Of a DNA stretch of 64,000 nt, positions 18,735-28,598 are shown piece by piece. Numbering within the stretch: position 1 is the first letter of the stretch; the number at the start of each line of letters is the position of its first letter. The position numbers and the translations under genes are program-made. The stretch is from the NCBI GenBank assembly GCA_947258355.1, contig CAMYIC010000059.1:65648-129647 (forward strand). Direction: 5' to 3'. The DNA is from an uncultured Allomuricauda sp. (GTDB lineage Bacteria > Bacteroidota > Bacteroidia > Flavobacteriales > Flavobacteriaceae). Below the pieces are notes generated by a model. It was not told where the DNA came from. It was given only the letters and a program-made list of their open reading frames with translations, and searched no databases.

Positions 18735-19856
18735 TTAGCTCTTGCCCAGGATTTCAGCCACTTTTTCTTCCAAAGCAGGGCCTCTTAGGTCTCTTGCTAC
18801 AATAACACCGTTTTCATCCAATAAAAACGCGGCAGGTATTGCATTAATATTATACAAGCGTGCTATCGGGTCTTGAAAACGCTGTAAGTTGGAAATGTGG
18901 TTCCATTCCAATCCATCCGATGCAATGGCTTTGGTCCAGTGCTCGGAATTGTTGTCCAAAGAAACACCAAGAACGTCAAATCCTTTTTCGTGATATTTTT
19001 TATAGACCGAAACAATGTTGGGGTTTTCTGCACGACAAGGTCTGCACCAAGCCGCCCAAAAATCTACCAAGGTCAGTTTGGCGTTGCTGGTCACATCGCT
19101 TAATGCAAGCACGTCACCTGTAGGAGTAGGGGCCGAAAACTCTGGTGCCACTGCACCTATTTCGGTGGATTTAAGATTTTCGAGTTGTTCTGCGATTCTT
19201 TTACCGGGTTCTGTGGCCTTCATCTCGGGAGAAAGTCCTTCGAACAATGCTTGAACCTCATCAACAGGAAGTGCTTTTGTGGCCAAGAAGTTACCAACAA
19301 TCAATACAGAAACAAAGGCATTGGGATGTTCTTTGGCATAGTTCAAATTAAAGTCCTTTGCATCTTCTTGGAACTCCATAAATTCTTCACGAAGAGCTGC
19401 AACTGTGGCAGTATCTCTTTGTTGGGCTGCCATACGCATATCGTTTTGCATAGATCGTGCACGTTGCGATAGTTTTCTGGATTCTGTCAAAAAGTCCATG
19501 AACATATCGTTTTGCTCAGTGCCCTTTATTTTGGCTTGATCAATACTATCTTTTTGAAACTCTATTTCGATGCTGCCGTTTTCAACGATTACTGGCACAT
19601 TGCCACGAACTTGGTCCACAAAAACATAGTGCATCTTAGGCTCTACTTGATTTCCGCTGAAACTGAACATGCCATTTTCTACAGTGGTCGTATCGATATC
19701 CACCAGTTGATTGATGGAGTCTGTGGTTTTTAAGAATATTTGGGTGCCATTTTCGGGTTCGCCGTTTATGGTACCACTCAAAGTGTATCCTTTAGGGTCA
19801 GAATTACAGGCAGTTAAAAATAGAACTCCCAAGGATAGTACAAATAGTTTTTTCAT
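18735..19856 (-). CDS. TlpA-family thiol:disulfide oxidoreductase lipoprotein
   Basis: 373 aa. Lipobox LFLTAC. C-terminal thioredoxin fold with FWAAWCRPC (CxxC). Confidence 0.88.
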   Translation of the reverse strand: MKKLFVLSLGVLFLTACNSDPKGYTLSGTINGEPENGTQIFLKTTDSINQLVDIDTTTVENGMFSFSGNQVEPKMHYVFVDQVRGNVPVIVENGSIEIEFQKDSIDQAKIKGTEQNDMFMDFLTESRKLSQRARSMQNDMRMAAQQRDTATVAALREEFMEFQEDAKDFNLNYAKEHPNAFVSVLIVGNFLATKALPVDEVQALFEGLSPEMKATEPGKRIAEQLENLKSTEIGAVAPEFSAPTPTGDVLALSDVTSNAKLTLVDFWAAWCRPCRAENPNIVSVYKKYHEKGFDVLGVSLDNNSEHWTKAIASDGLEWNHISNLQRFQDPIARLYNINAIPAAFLLDENGVIVARDLRGPALEEKVAEILGKS

Positions 19857-19898
19857 TTTAAAATGTTTAGAGTGCTAAGGTATTCATTACTTATGGCA

Positions 19899-19931
19899 TA
19901 AAAAAACCCCTGGCCTTTATCGGGCCAAGGG
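19899..19931 (-). terminator. Rho-independent terminator downstream of the beta-barrel gene
   Basis: The minus strand reads CCCTTGGCC-cgataaa-GGCCAGGGG followed by TTTTTTTT; it begins 23 nt after the stop at 19954. Confidence 0.75.
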
Positions 19932-19953
19932 TGTGCTATAAAGTTTTCTTAAT

Positions 19954-20451
19954 TTAAAATTGGTATCGAATACTAAGGGCAATGTCAAAATCAAAATCAT
20001 TGTCAAAGCCATCGTAACCAAGAATACCGATTTCGGGTCTAAAGTCCAAGGATAACAATAAGGGAATATCAAAATCATATTCTACACCAATGTCACCTGC
20101 CGCAAATACAAAAAGGCCATCGTTATCACTGTCAAAATTGGGATTAGGCTCAAAATCCACGCTGCCCAGTCCGCCGCCAACACCGTAATACCAATTAAAA
20201 TTGCCATCCAACTGGTGCACCCATTGATACAAGCCAGCCAATTTAAAGGCATCAAAATCCCTGCTGTCCCTCCAACCAAGGTCAAACTCTAAACGATTGT
20301 ACTGTCCTATGGATTTTTGATATGAAATCTCGGCTCCGAAGCCGTCGCTGTCACCCAACCTTAATCCTAAAGCATGTTCAGAAATGCTTTGTGCGCTTAG
20401 GCTAACTGTTGCAAACAAAAAAAATACTGAAAATAATGTGGTAATCTTCAT
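19954..20451 (-). CDS. Small outer-membrane beta-barrel (porin-family) protein
   Basis: 165 aa. Signal peptide ending SLSAQS, alternating aromatic/Gly beta-strand pattern, C-terminal ...LSIRYQF. Confidence 0.7.
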   Translation of the reverse strand: MKITTLFSVFFLFATVSLSAQSISEHALGLRLGDSDGFGAEISYQKSIGQYNRLEFDLGWRDSRDFDAFKLAGLYQWVHQLDGNFNWYYGVGGGLGSVDFEPNPNFDSDNDGLFVFAAGDIGVEYDFDIPLLLSLDFRPEIGILGYDGFDNDFDFDIALSIRYQF

Positions 20452-20539
20452 GAGGTTCTCGTTAAGTTAATAATTAGAGATAGTTTTGTGTTAGATTTAC
20501 GATCTAAAAACCATTTTAGTTTCCAAAAAGTATTCCAAA

Positions 20540-23455
20540 TTGGATAAAAATTTGTTAAAAGACCTCTCGCAAGCATTGAAAGGGGAGTTGCTGTTCGATA
20601 ATTTGAGCAAGGCTATCTACGCTACAGATGCTTCGGTTTATCGAAAGCTGCCAACAGCGGTGGCTTACCCGAAAAATGCTGACGACCTAAAAATTTTATT
20701 GGATTTTGCCAATGCGCATACAATTGGACTCATTCCAAGAACAGCTGGGACATCGTTGGCTGGTCAATGTGTGGGAGAAGGTATTGTGGTTGATGTTAGT
20801 CGTTATTTTACCAAAATCATTAGTCTGGATAAAGACAAAAAACAAGTTACGGTAGAGCCAGGTGTGGTTCGGGACGAACTGAATCAATATTTAAAACCCT
20901 TTGGTCTTTTCTTCGGTCCCAACACTTCCACATCCAACCGTTGCATGATAGGGGGAATGGTAGGGAACAATTCTTCTGGGACGACATCCATTCAATATGG
21001 GGTTACCCGAGATAAGGTGGTTGCAATGCAATGTGTGCTTTCCAATGGAAGCGATGCCTCTTTCTCCGATATTTCCAAAGAAGAATTTGAAAAGAAAGCA
21101 AAAGGAAATTCGCTGGAGGCCCAAATCTATAATAAACTGTATGAGGAACTTTCCGATTCAGAGACGCAAAATAATATAAAAGCAGAATTCCCAAAGCCCA
21201 GTATTCACAGAAGAAATACAGGTTATGCGGTTGACGAATTGCTTAAAAACGAGATTTTTGGGGAAGACAAGGCACAATTCAATCTATGTAAATTGTTATC
21301 CGGTAGTGAAGGCACTCTTGCTTTCACCACCGAAGTAACCTTGCAGTTGGATGAGCTACCACCACAGTATTCCGCTATGGTGGCGACGCACTATAAAACT
21401 CTGGAAGATTGCTTGAGCGATGTGGCCCCCGTAATGCAACACAGTCTCCATCTATGCGAAATGATGGACAAAGTGATTCTGGACTGTACCAAGAACAACA
21501 GGGCCCAATTGGCCAATCGTTTTTTTGTGGATGGTGACCCTGCGGCCATTTTAATGTTGGAAGTAAAGGCTGAAACGGAGGAAGATCTCGAAAAACAGCT
21601 GGAATCACTCTTAAAAACCATTGAAAAGTCAGGATTGAGCTACTCGAACCCTATCTTGTATGGTAGCCAGATCAACCAAGCCATAGAACTGCGTAAAGCA
21701 GGTCTTGGCCTGTTGGGCAATATGGTTGGGGATAGAAAAGCGGTAGCGTGTATCGAGGATACAGCCGTTGCTTTGGAGGACTTAAAAGATTTTATCTTGG
21801 AGTTTTCCCAAATCATGAAAGGGTACAACCAAGACGCGGTGTATTATGCCCATGCCGGGGCCGGAGAATTACATTTGCGGCCCATTCTCAATTTAAAGAA
21901 ATCCGAAGATGTGGTTATGTTCCGAGGCATAACTACCGATGTGGCCAAGTTGACCAAGAAATATCAGGGAAGCTTTAGTGGAGAGCATGGCGATGGAATC
22001 GTGAGGGCCGAGTTTATCCCTTTAATGATAGGAGATACCAACTATGAGCTGTTGAAAAGGGTGAAATCAATTTTTGACCCCAATGGTATATTGAATCCTG
22101 GAAAAATTGTAGATGCTTACCCAATGGATGAATCTTTGCGATATGAGGTTGATCGTGAGGAACCCAATATAAAAACGTTGATGGACTTTTCGGACAGTGA
22201 GGGTATTTTAAAGGCTGCCGAGAAATGCAACGGTAGTGGCGATTGTAGAAAAAGCCACCACATGAGCGGGGCTATGTGTCCCAGTTATCAAGCTACTAAA
22301 AACGAAAAAGACACTACTCGTGGCAGGGCCAACGCGCTGAGAGAATTTTTGACCAGTTCAGAAAAAACCAATCGGTTCGATCACGAAGAACTTAAAACAG
22401 CATTCGACCTTTGTTTGAGCTGTAAGGCCTGTGCCAGCGAATGTCCCAGTAACGTGGATGTTGCTACCCTTAAGGCTGAGTTCCTTTATAATTATCAAGA
22501 GGCCAATGGATACTCGTTGCGAAGCAAACTGTTTGCTTACAATACGCAATTGAATGCCATGGGGAGCAAGGTATCCGGTATCACCAATTGGATGTATGAG
22601 TCCAAAACGTTAGGAGGAATGCTTAAAAAAGCGGTCGGGGTGGCCCAGGAGCGCAACTTGCCCAAAGTAGGCCGTTTCAATTTTAAAAATCATTTGAAAA
22701 AGCATAGGGTAAAAAGAACCGATCTCTCCAAGAAACAGGTGGTCCTTTATATTGATGAGTTTGTGAAGTATCTGGATATCCAGATTGGGAAAGACGCCAT
22801 AGAACTTTTGTGCAAATTGGGATACGATGTGGAATTGTTCTACGGGGAAAGTGGACGAACTTATCTATCCAAGGGTTTTTTGAAACAGGCCAAAAAGTTG
22901 GTGGCGCAAAACGTGGATAACCTTAAAGAGATTTTAAATGAGGGAACCCCGATTGTGGGATTGGAACCTTCGGCCATTCTGTCGTTCAGGGATGAATACC
23001 AGCGATTGCACGACGATAAGGAGCAATTACGGAAGTTGGCTTCCCAATCATTTTTGATAGAAGAGTTTTTGGCCGCCGAAATTGCAGCTGGCCATATTAC
23101 GTCCGATAGTTTTACCGATGAGGAGAAGACCATTAAAATTCATGGGCATTGCCATCAAAAGGCATTGAGCAACCAGAAAGTAACCTTTGATGTGCTGAAT
23201 CTGCCCAAAAATTATAAAGTGACGATTATACCGTCCGGTTGTTGTGGTATGGCTGGTTCTTTTGGGTACGAAAAAGAGCATTACGAAGTAAGTATGCAGG
23301 TCGGCGGGTTGAAGTTGTTTCCTGCTGTAGAGAAAAGCCCTGAGGAAACACTCATTGCTGCTAATGGGACAAGTTGTAGGCATCAAATAAAGGATGGGAC
23401 GAAAAGGGAGGCACACCACCCGGTTTCAATCTTGAGACAGGCCCTTGTTGTCTAA
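20540..23455 (+). CDS. FAD-binding and (Fe-S)-binding oxidoreductase (FAD-linked oxidase + 4Fe-4S dicluster + CCG domains; YdiJ / D-2-hydroxyacid dehydrogenase-like)
   Basis: 971 aa with a TTG start. FAD PCMH-type N-terminus (IPRTAGTSLAGQCVG). Cys clusters CNGSGDCRKSHHMSGAMCP and CLSCKACASECP. C-terminal CCG-type motif PSGCCGMAGSFG. Confidence 0.85.
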   Translation: MDKNLLKDLSQALKGELLFDNLSKAIYATDASVYRKLPTAVAYPKNADDLKILLDFANAHTIGLIPRTAGTSLAGQCVGEGIVVDVSRYFTKIISLDKDKKQVTVEPGVVRDELNQYLKPFGLFFGPNTSTSNRCMIGGMVGNNSSGTTSIQYGVTRDKVVAMQCVLSNGSDASFSDISKEEFEKKAKGNSLEAQIYNKLYEELSDSETQNNIKAEFPKPSIHRRNTGYAVDELLKNEIFGEDKAQFNLCKLLSGSEGTLAFTTEVTLQLDELPPQYSAMVATHYKTLEDCLSDVAPVMQHSLHLCEMMDKVILDCTKNNRAQLANRFFVDGDPAAILMLEVKAETEEDLEKQLESLLKTIEKSGLSYSNPILYGSQINQAIELRKAGLGLLGNMVGDRKAVACIEDTAVALEDLKDFILEFSQIMKGYNQDAVYYAHAGAGELHLRPILNLKKSEDVVMFRGITTDVAKLTKKYQGSFSGEHGDGIVRAEFIPLMIGDTNYELLKRVKSIFDPNGILNPGKIVDAYPMDESLRYEVDREEPNIKTLMDFSDSEGILKAAEKCNGSGDCRKSHHMSGAMCPSYQATKNEKDTTRGRANALREFLTSSEKTNRFDHEELKTAFDLCLSCKACASECPSNVDVATLKAEFLYNYQEANGYSLRSKLFAYNTQLNAMGSKVSGITNWMYESKTLGGMLKKAVGVAQERNLPKVGRFNFKNHLKKHRVKRTDLSKKQVVLYIDEFVKYLDIQIGKDAIELLCKLGYDVELFYGESGRTYLSKGFLKQAKKLVAQNVDNLKEILNEGTPIVGLEPSAILSFRDEYQRLHDDKEQLRKLASQSFLIEEFLAAEIAAGHITSDSFTDEEKTIKIHGHCHQKALSNQKVTFDVLNLPKNYKVTIIPSGCCGMAGSFGYEKEHYEVSMQVGGLKLFPAVEKSPEETLIAANGTSCRHQIKDGTKREAHHPVSILRQALVV

Positions 23456-24394
23456 GTAATCCTGGTCTACATTTTCTTCGCGTTCGCTGAACTGTTCCTC
23501 GGTAACATCTTCAACCTTCACTTCTTTGTCGGTTATGGAGGCGATGAGGTCGTTTATGTCCATTTCCTTTAAATCCTCGTCCACAAAGAAGGGGGAAAGT
23601 CTATCGTGATTGTAATGGTAGATTCTCCAGCGTTTGAAGGAATATTCGAGAGCGGTCAGGTTTTCCACCCAATCCCCGGAATTTAAATAGGTGCAACTAC
23701 CATATTTGTTTTCGTAAATCTCCTTCTTGGGTTGATGGATATGCCCGCAAACCACATAATCGTATTCATTTTCAATGGCTAGTTCGGCAGCTGTCTTTTC
23801 AAAATTATTGATGTACTTAACGGCACCCTTTACACTATTTTTTATTTTTTTGGATAGAGAGTATTTCTCACGGCCCATTTTGGAGAGGCACCAGTTGAGG
23901 AAGCTGTTGATCAAAATAAGAAGGTCATATCCGTAGCCGCCCAACTTTGCCAACCATTTGGCATTTTGTATGGAGACATCGAACACATCACCATGAAAAA
24001 TCCATGCCTTTTTACCATCCAGATTGAGCACAAGCTTATTCATGATTTTGAAATTCCCCATTGAAGTATCACTGAACTTACGAAGCATTTCATCGTGATT
24101 TCCAGTGATATAGTAAACTTCGGTACCTTTTGATGCCATCCCAATGATCTTTCTCAATACTTTGAGGTGGGATGGAGGGAAATACCGTTTGCTAAATTGC
24201 CAAATATCAATAATATCCCCGTTCAAAATCAGCTTTTTAGGCTGTATACTGTTAAGGTAGGTGATAAGTTCATCTGCATGGCAGCCGTAAGTTCCCAAGT
24301 GTACGTCTGAGATTACTGCTAATTCTATCTTCCTTTTTTTCAATGGTATAGGGTTTAGTGCAAAATAAAACGGTAGGAATAAATTAAAAATCAA
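23426..24394 (-). CDS. UDP-2,3-diacylglucosamine diphosphatase-like metallophosphoesterase
   Basis: 322 aa. Calcineurin-like motifs VISDVHLG, NGDIIDIW, GNHDE, VCGHIH. It has a non-ATG (TTG) start and no nearby in-frame ATG, so the start is uncertain. Its 3' end overlaps the convergent upstream gene by 30 nt. Confidence 0.8.
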   Translation of the reverse strand: MIFNLFLPFYFALNPIPLKKRKIELAVISDVHLGTYGCHADELITYLNSIQPKKLILNGDIIDIWQFSKRYFPPSHLKVLRKIIGMASKGTEVYYITGNHDEMLRKFSDTSMGNFKIMNKLVLNLDGKKAWIFHGDVFDVSIQNAKWLAKLGGYGYDLLILINSFLNWCLSKMGREKYSLSKKIKNSVKGAVKYINNFEKTAAELAIENEYDYVVCGHIHQPKKEIYENKYGSCTYLNSGDWVENLTALEYSFKRWRIYHYNHDRLSPFFVDEDLKEMDINDLIASITDKEVKVEDVTEEQFSEREENVDQDYLDNKGLSQD

Positions 24395-24537
24395 TTTGAA
24401 GTCATCAATTCATGAGGATAATGTTAAAAAATCATCATGCTGAAACTAAATATGTTACAATAATATTAAGGCATAACATCGTTTTTGAATTAGATTTGTA
24501 TCGTCTACCTTTGGGGACATCATAATTTTTATACCGA

Positions 24538-25602
24538 ATGGCAGGAAATTCTTTTGGACAACTTTTTAGGCTCACCACCTTTGGTGAATCTCATGGAAAA
24601 GCTTTGGGGGGTATCATCGATGGCTGCCCAGCAGGGATAACATTGGACTTGGAAAAGGTTCAAGACGAGTTGAACAGGAGAAAACCAGGGCAATCCGCTA
24701 TTGTTACCCAGCGTAAGGAACCCGATACGGTGGAAATTTATTCAGGGGTGTTCGAAGGTAAAACCACTGGTACACCGATTGGATTTGCCATTCACAATAC
24801 CAACCAAAAATCAAAGGACTATTCGCACATTAAAGACTCGTACCGACCATCGCATGCGGATTATGTGTATGATAAGAAATACGGCTTCCGTGATTATCGA
24901 GGTGGGGGTAGAAGCTCCGCTCGTGAAACGGCCAGTAGGGTAGTGGCAGGTTCCATTGCGAAGCAATTTCTGAGTGAAATCAAAATAAACGCCTTTGTTT
25001 CCCAAGTTGGGGAGATGAAATTGGACAAGCCCTATCAGGAGTTGGACTTTTCGAATATCGAGTCCAATGCCGTTCGTTGTCCCGACACCGAAATGGCCCA
25101 AAAAATGGAGGATTACATCAAATCCATAAAAAAAGAGGGTGATACCATAGGTGGGGTCATCACTTGTGTCATACAAAATGTACCCATTGGTTTGGGTGAG
25201 CCGGTTTTTGATAAATTGCACGCCCGTTTGGGAGAAGCAATGCTCTCCATTAATGCCGTGAAAGGTTTTGAATACGGAAGTGGGTTTGCAGGTGTTTCTA
25301 TGAAAGGAAGCGAACATAACGACGCCTTCAATACGGATGGCACAACAAAAACCAACCGCAGCGGTGGAGTTCAAGGAGGTATCAGCAATGGTATGGATAT
25401 TTACTTTAGTGTAGCCTTTAAACCTGTGGCAACCGTACTACAATCCTACGAGACCATAAACAAAGAGGGTGACAAAGTAACCACTCAAGGCAAGGGAAGG
25501 CATGATCCCTGTGTGGTTCCAAGGGCAGTACCTATCGTAGAGGCCATGGCAGCCTTAGTGTTGGCCGATTACTCCCTTTTGGCCCGTACCAACAAAATCT
25601 AG
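24538..25602 (+). CDS. aroC: Chorismate synthase
   Basis: 354 aa. N-terminus [15 protein letters not shown], then [11 protein letters not shown] and [13 protein letters not shown]. Confidence 0.95.
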   Translation: MAGNSFGQLFRLTTFGESHGKALGGIIDGCPAGITLDLEKVQDELNRRKPGQSAIVTQRKEPDTVEIYSGVFEGKTTGTPIGFAIHNTNQKSKDYSHIKDSYRPSHADYVYDKKYGFRDYRGGGRSSARETASRVVAGSIAKQFLSEIKINAFVSQVGEMKLDKPYQELDFSNIESNAVRCPDTEMAQKMEDYIKSIKKEGDTIGGVITCVIQNVPIGLGEPVFDKLHARLGEAMLSINAVKGFEYGSGFAGVSMKGSEHNDAFNTDGTTKTNRSGGVQGGISNGMDIYFSVAFKPVATVLQSYETINKEGDKVTTQGKGRHDPCVVPRAVPIVEAMAALVLADYSLLARTNKI

Positions 25603-25659
25603 ACCTACGTTAGGACGTTTCCATTCAAAAAAGTATCTTTCCGTCCATAATCTTACTTT

Positions 25660-26985
25660 ATGAAGAAATTGGAACTGCACTGGCAAATCCTTATCGGAAT
25701 GCTGCTTGGTATTCTTTTTGGATTTGCGATGACCCAAATTAGTTGGGGTAAGGAATTTGTAAATGATTGGATCCAGCCTCTGGGGACCATTTTTGTAAAA
25801 CTTCTTAAACTTATTGCCATACCGCTTATCTTGGCCTCTTTGGTCAAAGGTATTTCCGATCTTAAGGATATTTCAAAATTTAGAAATATCGGTCTCCGAA
25901 CCATCGGGACATATATCGTAACAACGGTAGTGGCGATTACGATTGGGCTTTTGCTGGTGAATGTATTGAATCCGGGCAGCGGGATTTCGGAAGAAACTGT
26001 GACCAAACTTACAGATACGTATGCGAATGATGCTGGGGTTACCTCAAAATTGGAAGAAGCTTCGCGCCAAAAAGATAGCGGTCCACTCCAATTTTTAATT
26101 GATATGGTACCCGACAATGCTTTGGCCGCGATGACGGACAATGCGCTTATGCTTCAGGTAATATTCTTTACCATTTTCTTGGGTATTTCCATGTTATTGA
26201 TAGGGGAGAAAAAAGCAAAACCACTTAAAGATTTCTTCGACTCGCTAAACGATGTAGTTCTTAAAATGGTTGATTTGATCATGTTGACCGCACCTTACGC
26301 TGTATTTGCTTTATTGGCAGGTGTGGTAGTGTCCTCCAGTGATCCGGACCTGTTACTTGCCCTATTGAAATATGCTGGAGTTGTGGTATTGGGCCTTTTA
26401 CTTATGATTACTTTTTATGCCACTATTGTTGGCCTGGTTACCAAAAAGAATCCATTTTGGTTTTTAAAAGAAATCAGTCCTGCACAATTGTTGGCATTTT
26501 CAACCAGTTCCAGTGCAGCCACCTTGCCCGTGACCATGGAAAGGGTAGAGGAGCATATTGGTGTGGACAAAGAAGTATCCAGTTTTGTATTGCCCGTTGG
26601 TGCTACCATTAATATGGATGGTACAAGTTTGTACCAAGGTGTTGCCGCGGTATTTATTTCACAAGCGCTTGGCTTTGATTTGACCTTTGGCAACCAGTTA
26701 ACGATTGTATTGACTGCCTTGCTGGCCTCCATAGGTTCTGCTGCAGTTCCCGGAGCGGGAATGGTGATGTTGGTAATTGTATTGGAGTCCATTGGGTTCC
26801 CTGCGGATAAATTGGCCATAGGTTTGGCCTTGATATTTGCGGTGGATAGACCATTGGATATGTGCCGTACCGTAGTGAACGTAACGGGGGATGCCACCGT
26901 ATCCATGGTGGTTGCCAAATCTGTGGATAAGCTTGGAGAACCCCACGTTCATGATTGGGACGAGCACTACGATGAAGTCAAATAA
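25660..26985 (+). CDS. Dicarboxylate/amino acid:cation (Na+/H+) symporter, DAACS family
   Basis: 441 aa, polytopic. Family-typical segments SSSAATLPVTM, GATINMDGTSLYQG, VDRPLDMCRTVVNVTGD. Confidence 0.9.
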   Translation: MKKLELHWQILIGMLLGILFGFAMTQISWGKEFVNDWIQPLGTIFVKLLKLIAIPLILASLVKGISDLKDISKFRNIGLRTIGTYIVTTVVAITIGLLLVNVLNPGSGISEETVTKLTDTYANDAGVTSKLEEASRQKDSGPLQFLIDMVPDNALAAMTDNALMLQVIFFTIFLGISMLLIGEKKAKPLKDFFDSLNDVVLKMVDLIMLTAPYAVFALLAGVVVSSSDPDLLLALLKYAGVVVLGLLLMITFYATIVGLVTKKNPFWFLKEISPAQLLAFSTSSSAATLPVTMERVEEHIGVDKEVSSFVLPVGATINMDGTSLYQGVAAVFISQALGFDLTFGNQLTIVLTALLASIGSAAVPGAGMVMLVIVLESIGFPADKLAIGLALIFAVDRPLDMCRTVVNVTGDATVSMVVAKSVDKLGEPHVHDWDEHYDEVK

Positions 26986-27010
26986 ACTTTCAGGTTTCAA
27001 AATATATAAA

Positions 27011-27037
27011 GGCCTCCAATTGGGAGGCCTTTTTTTA
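27011..27037. terminator. Bidirectional-looking rho-independent terminator between convergent genes
   Basis: GGCCTCC-aattg-GGAGGCC followed by TTTTTTT, with AAA preceding the stem. Confidence 0.8.
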
Positions 27038-27057
27038 TTGTATTTAAGTGAGATACA

Positions 27058-27465
27058 TTAATCCAAAAACTTGGCTTTTAACTCTGGTGTGGGGATCATG
27101 CAAGCGTCTTTTTTGCCGAACCATTTGTAGCGGTTTTTCGCCACAAAATCGTAAATCGCGTTGCGGATGGATGTGGGAATCCAAGAGAAAACTCCTGTAA
27201 GTTTCCAGATTCCACCAAGTTCTTGAGCAATTTCCAGAGCAGCATCCGATTTGGTGTAGTAAGCTACCCCTGGCTCAATAAGGATAATCGAATCCACTTT
27301 ACTGGTATCTATATGGCGTTGGTTCACCAATTTTTGCCCCACTTCGCTTTGTAGGGCCGCATATCGGAATAGGTCTTTTTTGTCGCGTTTGATCACAAAC
27401 TGGACAGAGCTGTTACAAAGATTGCAAACCCCATCGAACAAAATTATTTTTTTACCGTTTTCCAC
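27058..27465 (-). CDS. Thiol-disulfide oxidoreductase DCC family protein (DUF393)
   Basis: 135 aa with the N-terminal motif ILFDGVCNLCN. Confidence 0.85.
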   Translation of the reverse strand: MENGKKIILFDGVCNLCNSSVQFVIKRDKKDLFRYAALQSEVGQKLVNQRHIDTSKVDSIILIEPGVAYYTKSDAALEIAQELGGIWKLTGVFSWIPTSIRNAIYDFVAKNRYKWFGKKDACMIPTPELKAKFLD

Positions 27466-27530
27466 GGGTCAAAGATACACAGCTTTGCAATGAAAGCCTA
27501 GCTTATGGATGGGGTCTCAGCTTTTGGGGG

Positions 27531-28274
27531 TTAATACCCAGCTAGTTTATAAATTTCATTAGGAGTAAGTTCGCTGAGTTCAAGAACGTCTTTGCCTGAA
27601 TTGGTCATCGCTTTCCTAATAAGGTAGTTTCCGGTTCGGTATCCTACGGCTAGTCTGCCATCAGGGTGTTGGAACATCCAGTGTTGATAATTGGCATTTA
27701 GCGGTAATGATCTAATCTCTTCCACCCATTGTTCTGCAACGGAGGCTTTTGGAGGAGTATCCGCTTCCATGGATTCACCAGTATATTCCTCGGAGAAAAC
27801 AACGGCCAAACCTTCGTTTATGGCAGCTATGGAAATACCAGGCCCATATTTGTTGTCCTGAATGGCCCAACCACGTGATAGGTGGTGGAATTCATGAAAA
27901 ATCGTATGCTTTAATGCCGTTTGGGTCGCTTTGGACACCCCGCCCGGAAATTTCTCGGAGATTTGAATAAGAACCAAGGGAGGAGAGTTGGTTTCGGTAC
28001 GTCCGGTAACACCTCCGACCACATCAAGGTCCCAATCCACAATTTCCAAGGATACGGTTATGCTATCCGGTAGGGTCGGTAATAGGAATCGGATTTCTTG
28101 TTCCGATTCCAGTACTGTTTCTCGAATGAGTTCTTTTTCCGATGCGGTAAATTTTCCACCATCTTCGGTAAAGGTGATGATAGAACTTACTGCTTCTGTA
28201 CTGTTCGGGCTCTTCTTGCAATTGCTGATGACCAATAGTGCAAAAAGGAATGATAGGATTTTGATGGATTTCAT
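27531..28274 (-). CDS. Predicted zinc metalloprotease lipoprotein (DUF2268-like)
   Basis: 247 aa. Lipobox LVISNC and an HExxH motif in TIFHEFHHLSRG. Confidence 0.6.
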   Translation of the reverse strand: MKSIKILSFLFALLVISNCKKSPNSTEAVSSIITFTEDGGKFTASEKELIRETVLESEQEIRFLLPTLPDSITVSLEIVDWDLDVVGGVTGRTETNSPPLVLIQISEKFPGGVSKATQTALKHTIFHEFHHLSRGWAIQDNKYGPGISIAAINEGLAVVFSEEYTGESMEADTPPKASVAEQWVEEIRSLPLNANYQHWMFQHPDGRLAVGYRTGNYLIRKAMTNSGKDVLELSELTPNEIYKLAGY

Positions 28275-28416
28275 TGATGATGTTTTACCTGTAGACTCGG
28301 TAGCAGTAAAAATGTTACATGGGAATGAAAAAGGAAGTTATGGTGATTGTCATTTTTAATCGCCCTAAATAGGGATTTCCATAAATAAGATTATTAGAAC
28401 AAAATAATGAATTTGG

Positions 28417-28424
28417 TATCTTTG
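28417..28424 (+). promoter_or_regulatory. Candidate -7 box (TATCTTTG) giving a leader of about 165 nt for the methyltransferase gene
   Basis: Exact TAnnTTTG match within the 324-nt divergent intergenic region. Confidence 0.35.
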
Positions 28425-28598
28425 CAGAGTTATGACACTTTAGTAGACATATCCGACCAAGGACATTTTATACCAAATGACAATTATCCATCGGGATTTA
28501 GCTTCATAATCCCAATGCTTGGTCACCTATACATTTATTTTACTATTTAAACCGCAGTACTTCATTGGAATGAAATTCCTGCACAATTCAAAATAATT

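Noticed and set aside
23426-23455. 30-nt overlap of convergent genes as a regulatory feature
   Set aside because: It is most likely just a tail-to-tail overlap of the two 3' coding ends, and I saw no structure or motif in the overlap. The start of the LpxH-like gene is uncertain, but this does not affect the overlap, which involves the two stop-proximal ends.
25653-26918. Minus-strand ORFs 25653..26141 (162 aa) and 26415..26918 (167 aa)
   Set aside because: They are antisense shadows of the DAACS transporter gene and have no motifs of their own.
28455-28524. tRNA-like gene (7-bp acceptor-like stem followed by A-CC)
   Set aside because: Only three stems can be drawn. There is no T-loop TTCRA or D-loop GG. 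The would-be anticodon arm does not pair. Four unpaired nucleotides separate the last hairpin from the 3' acceptor strand.
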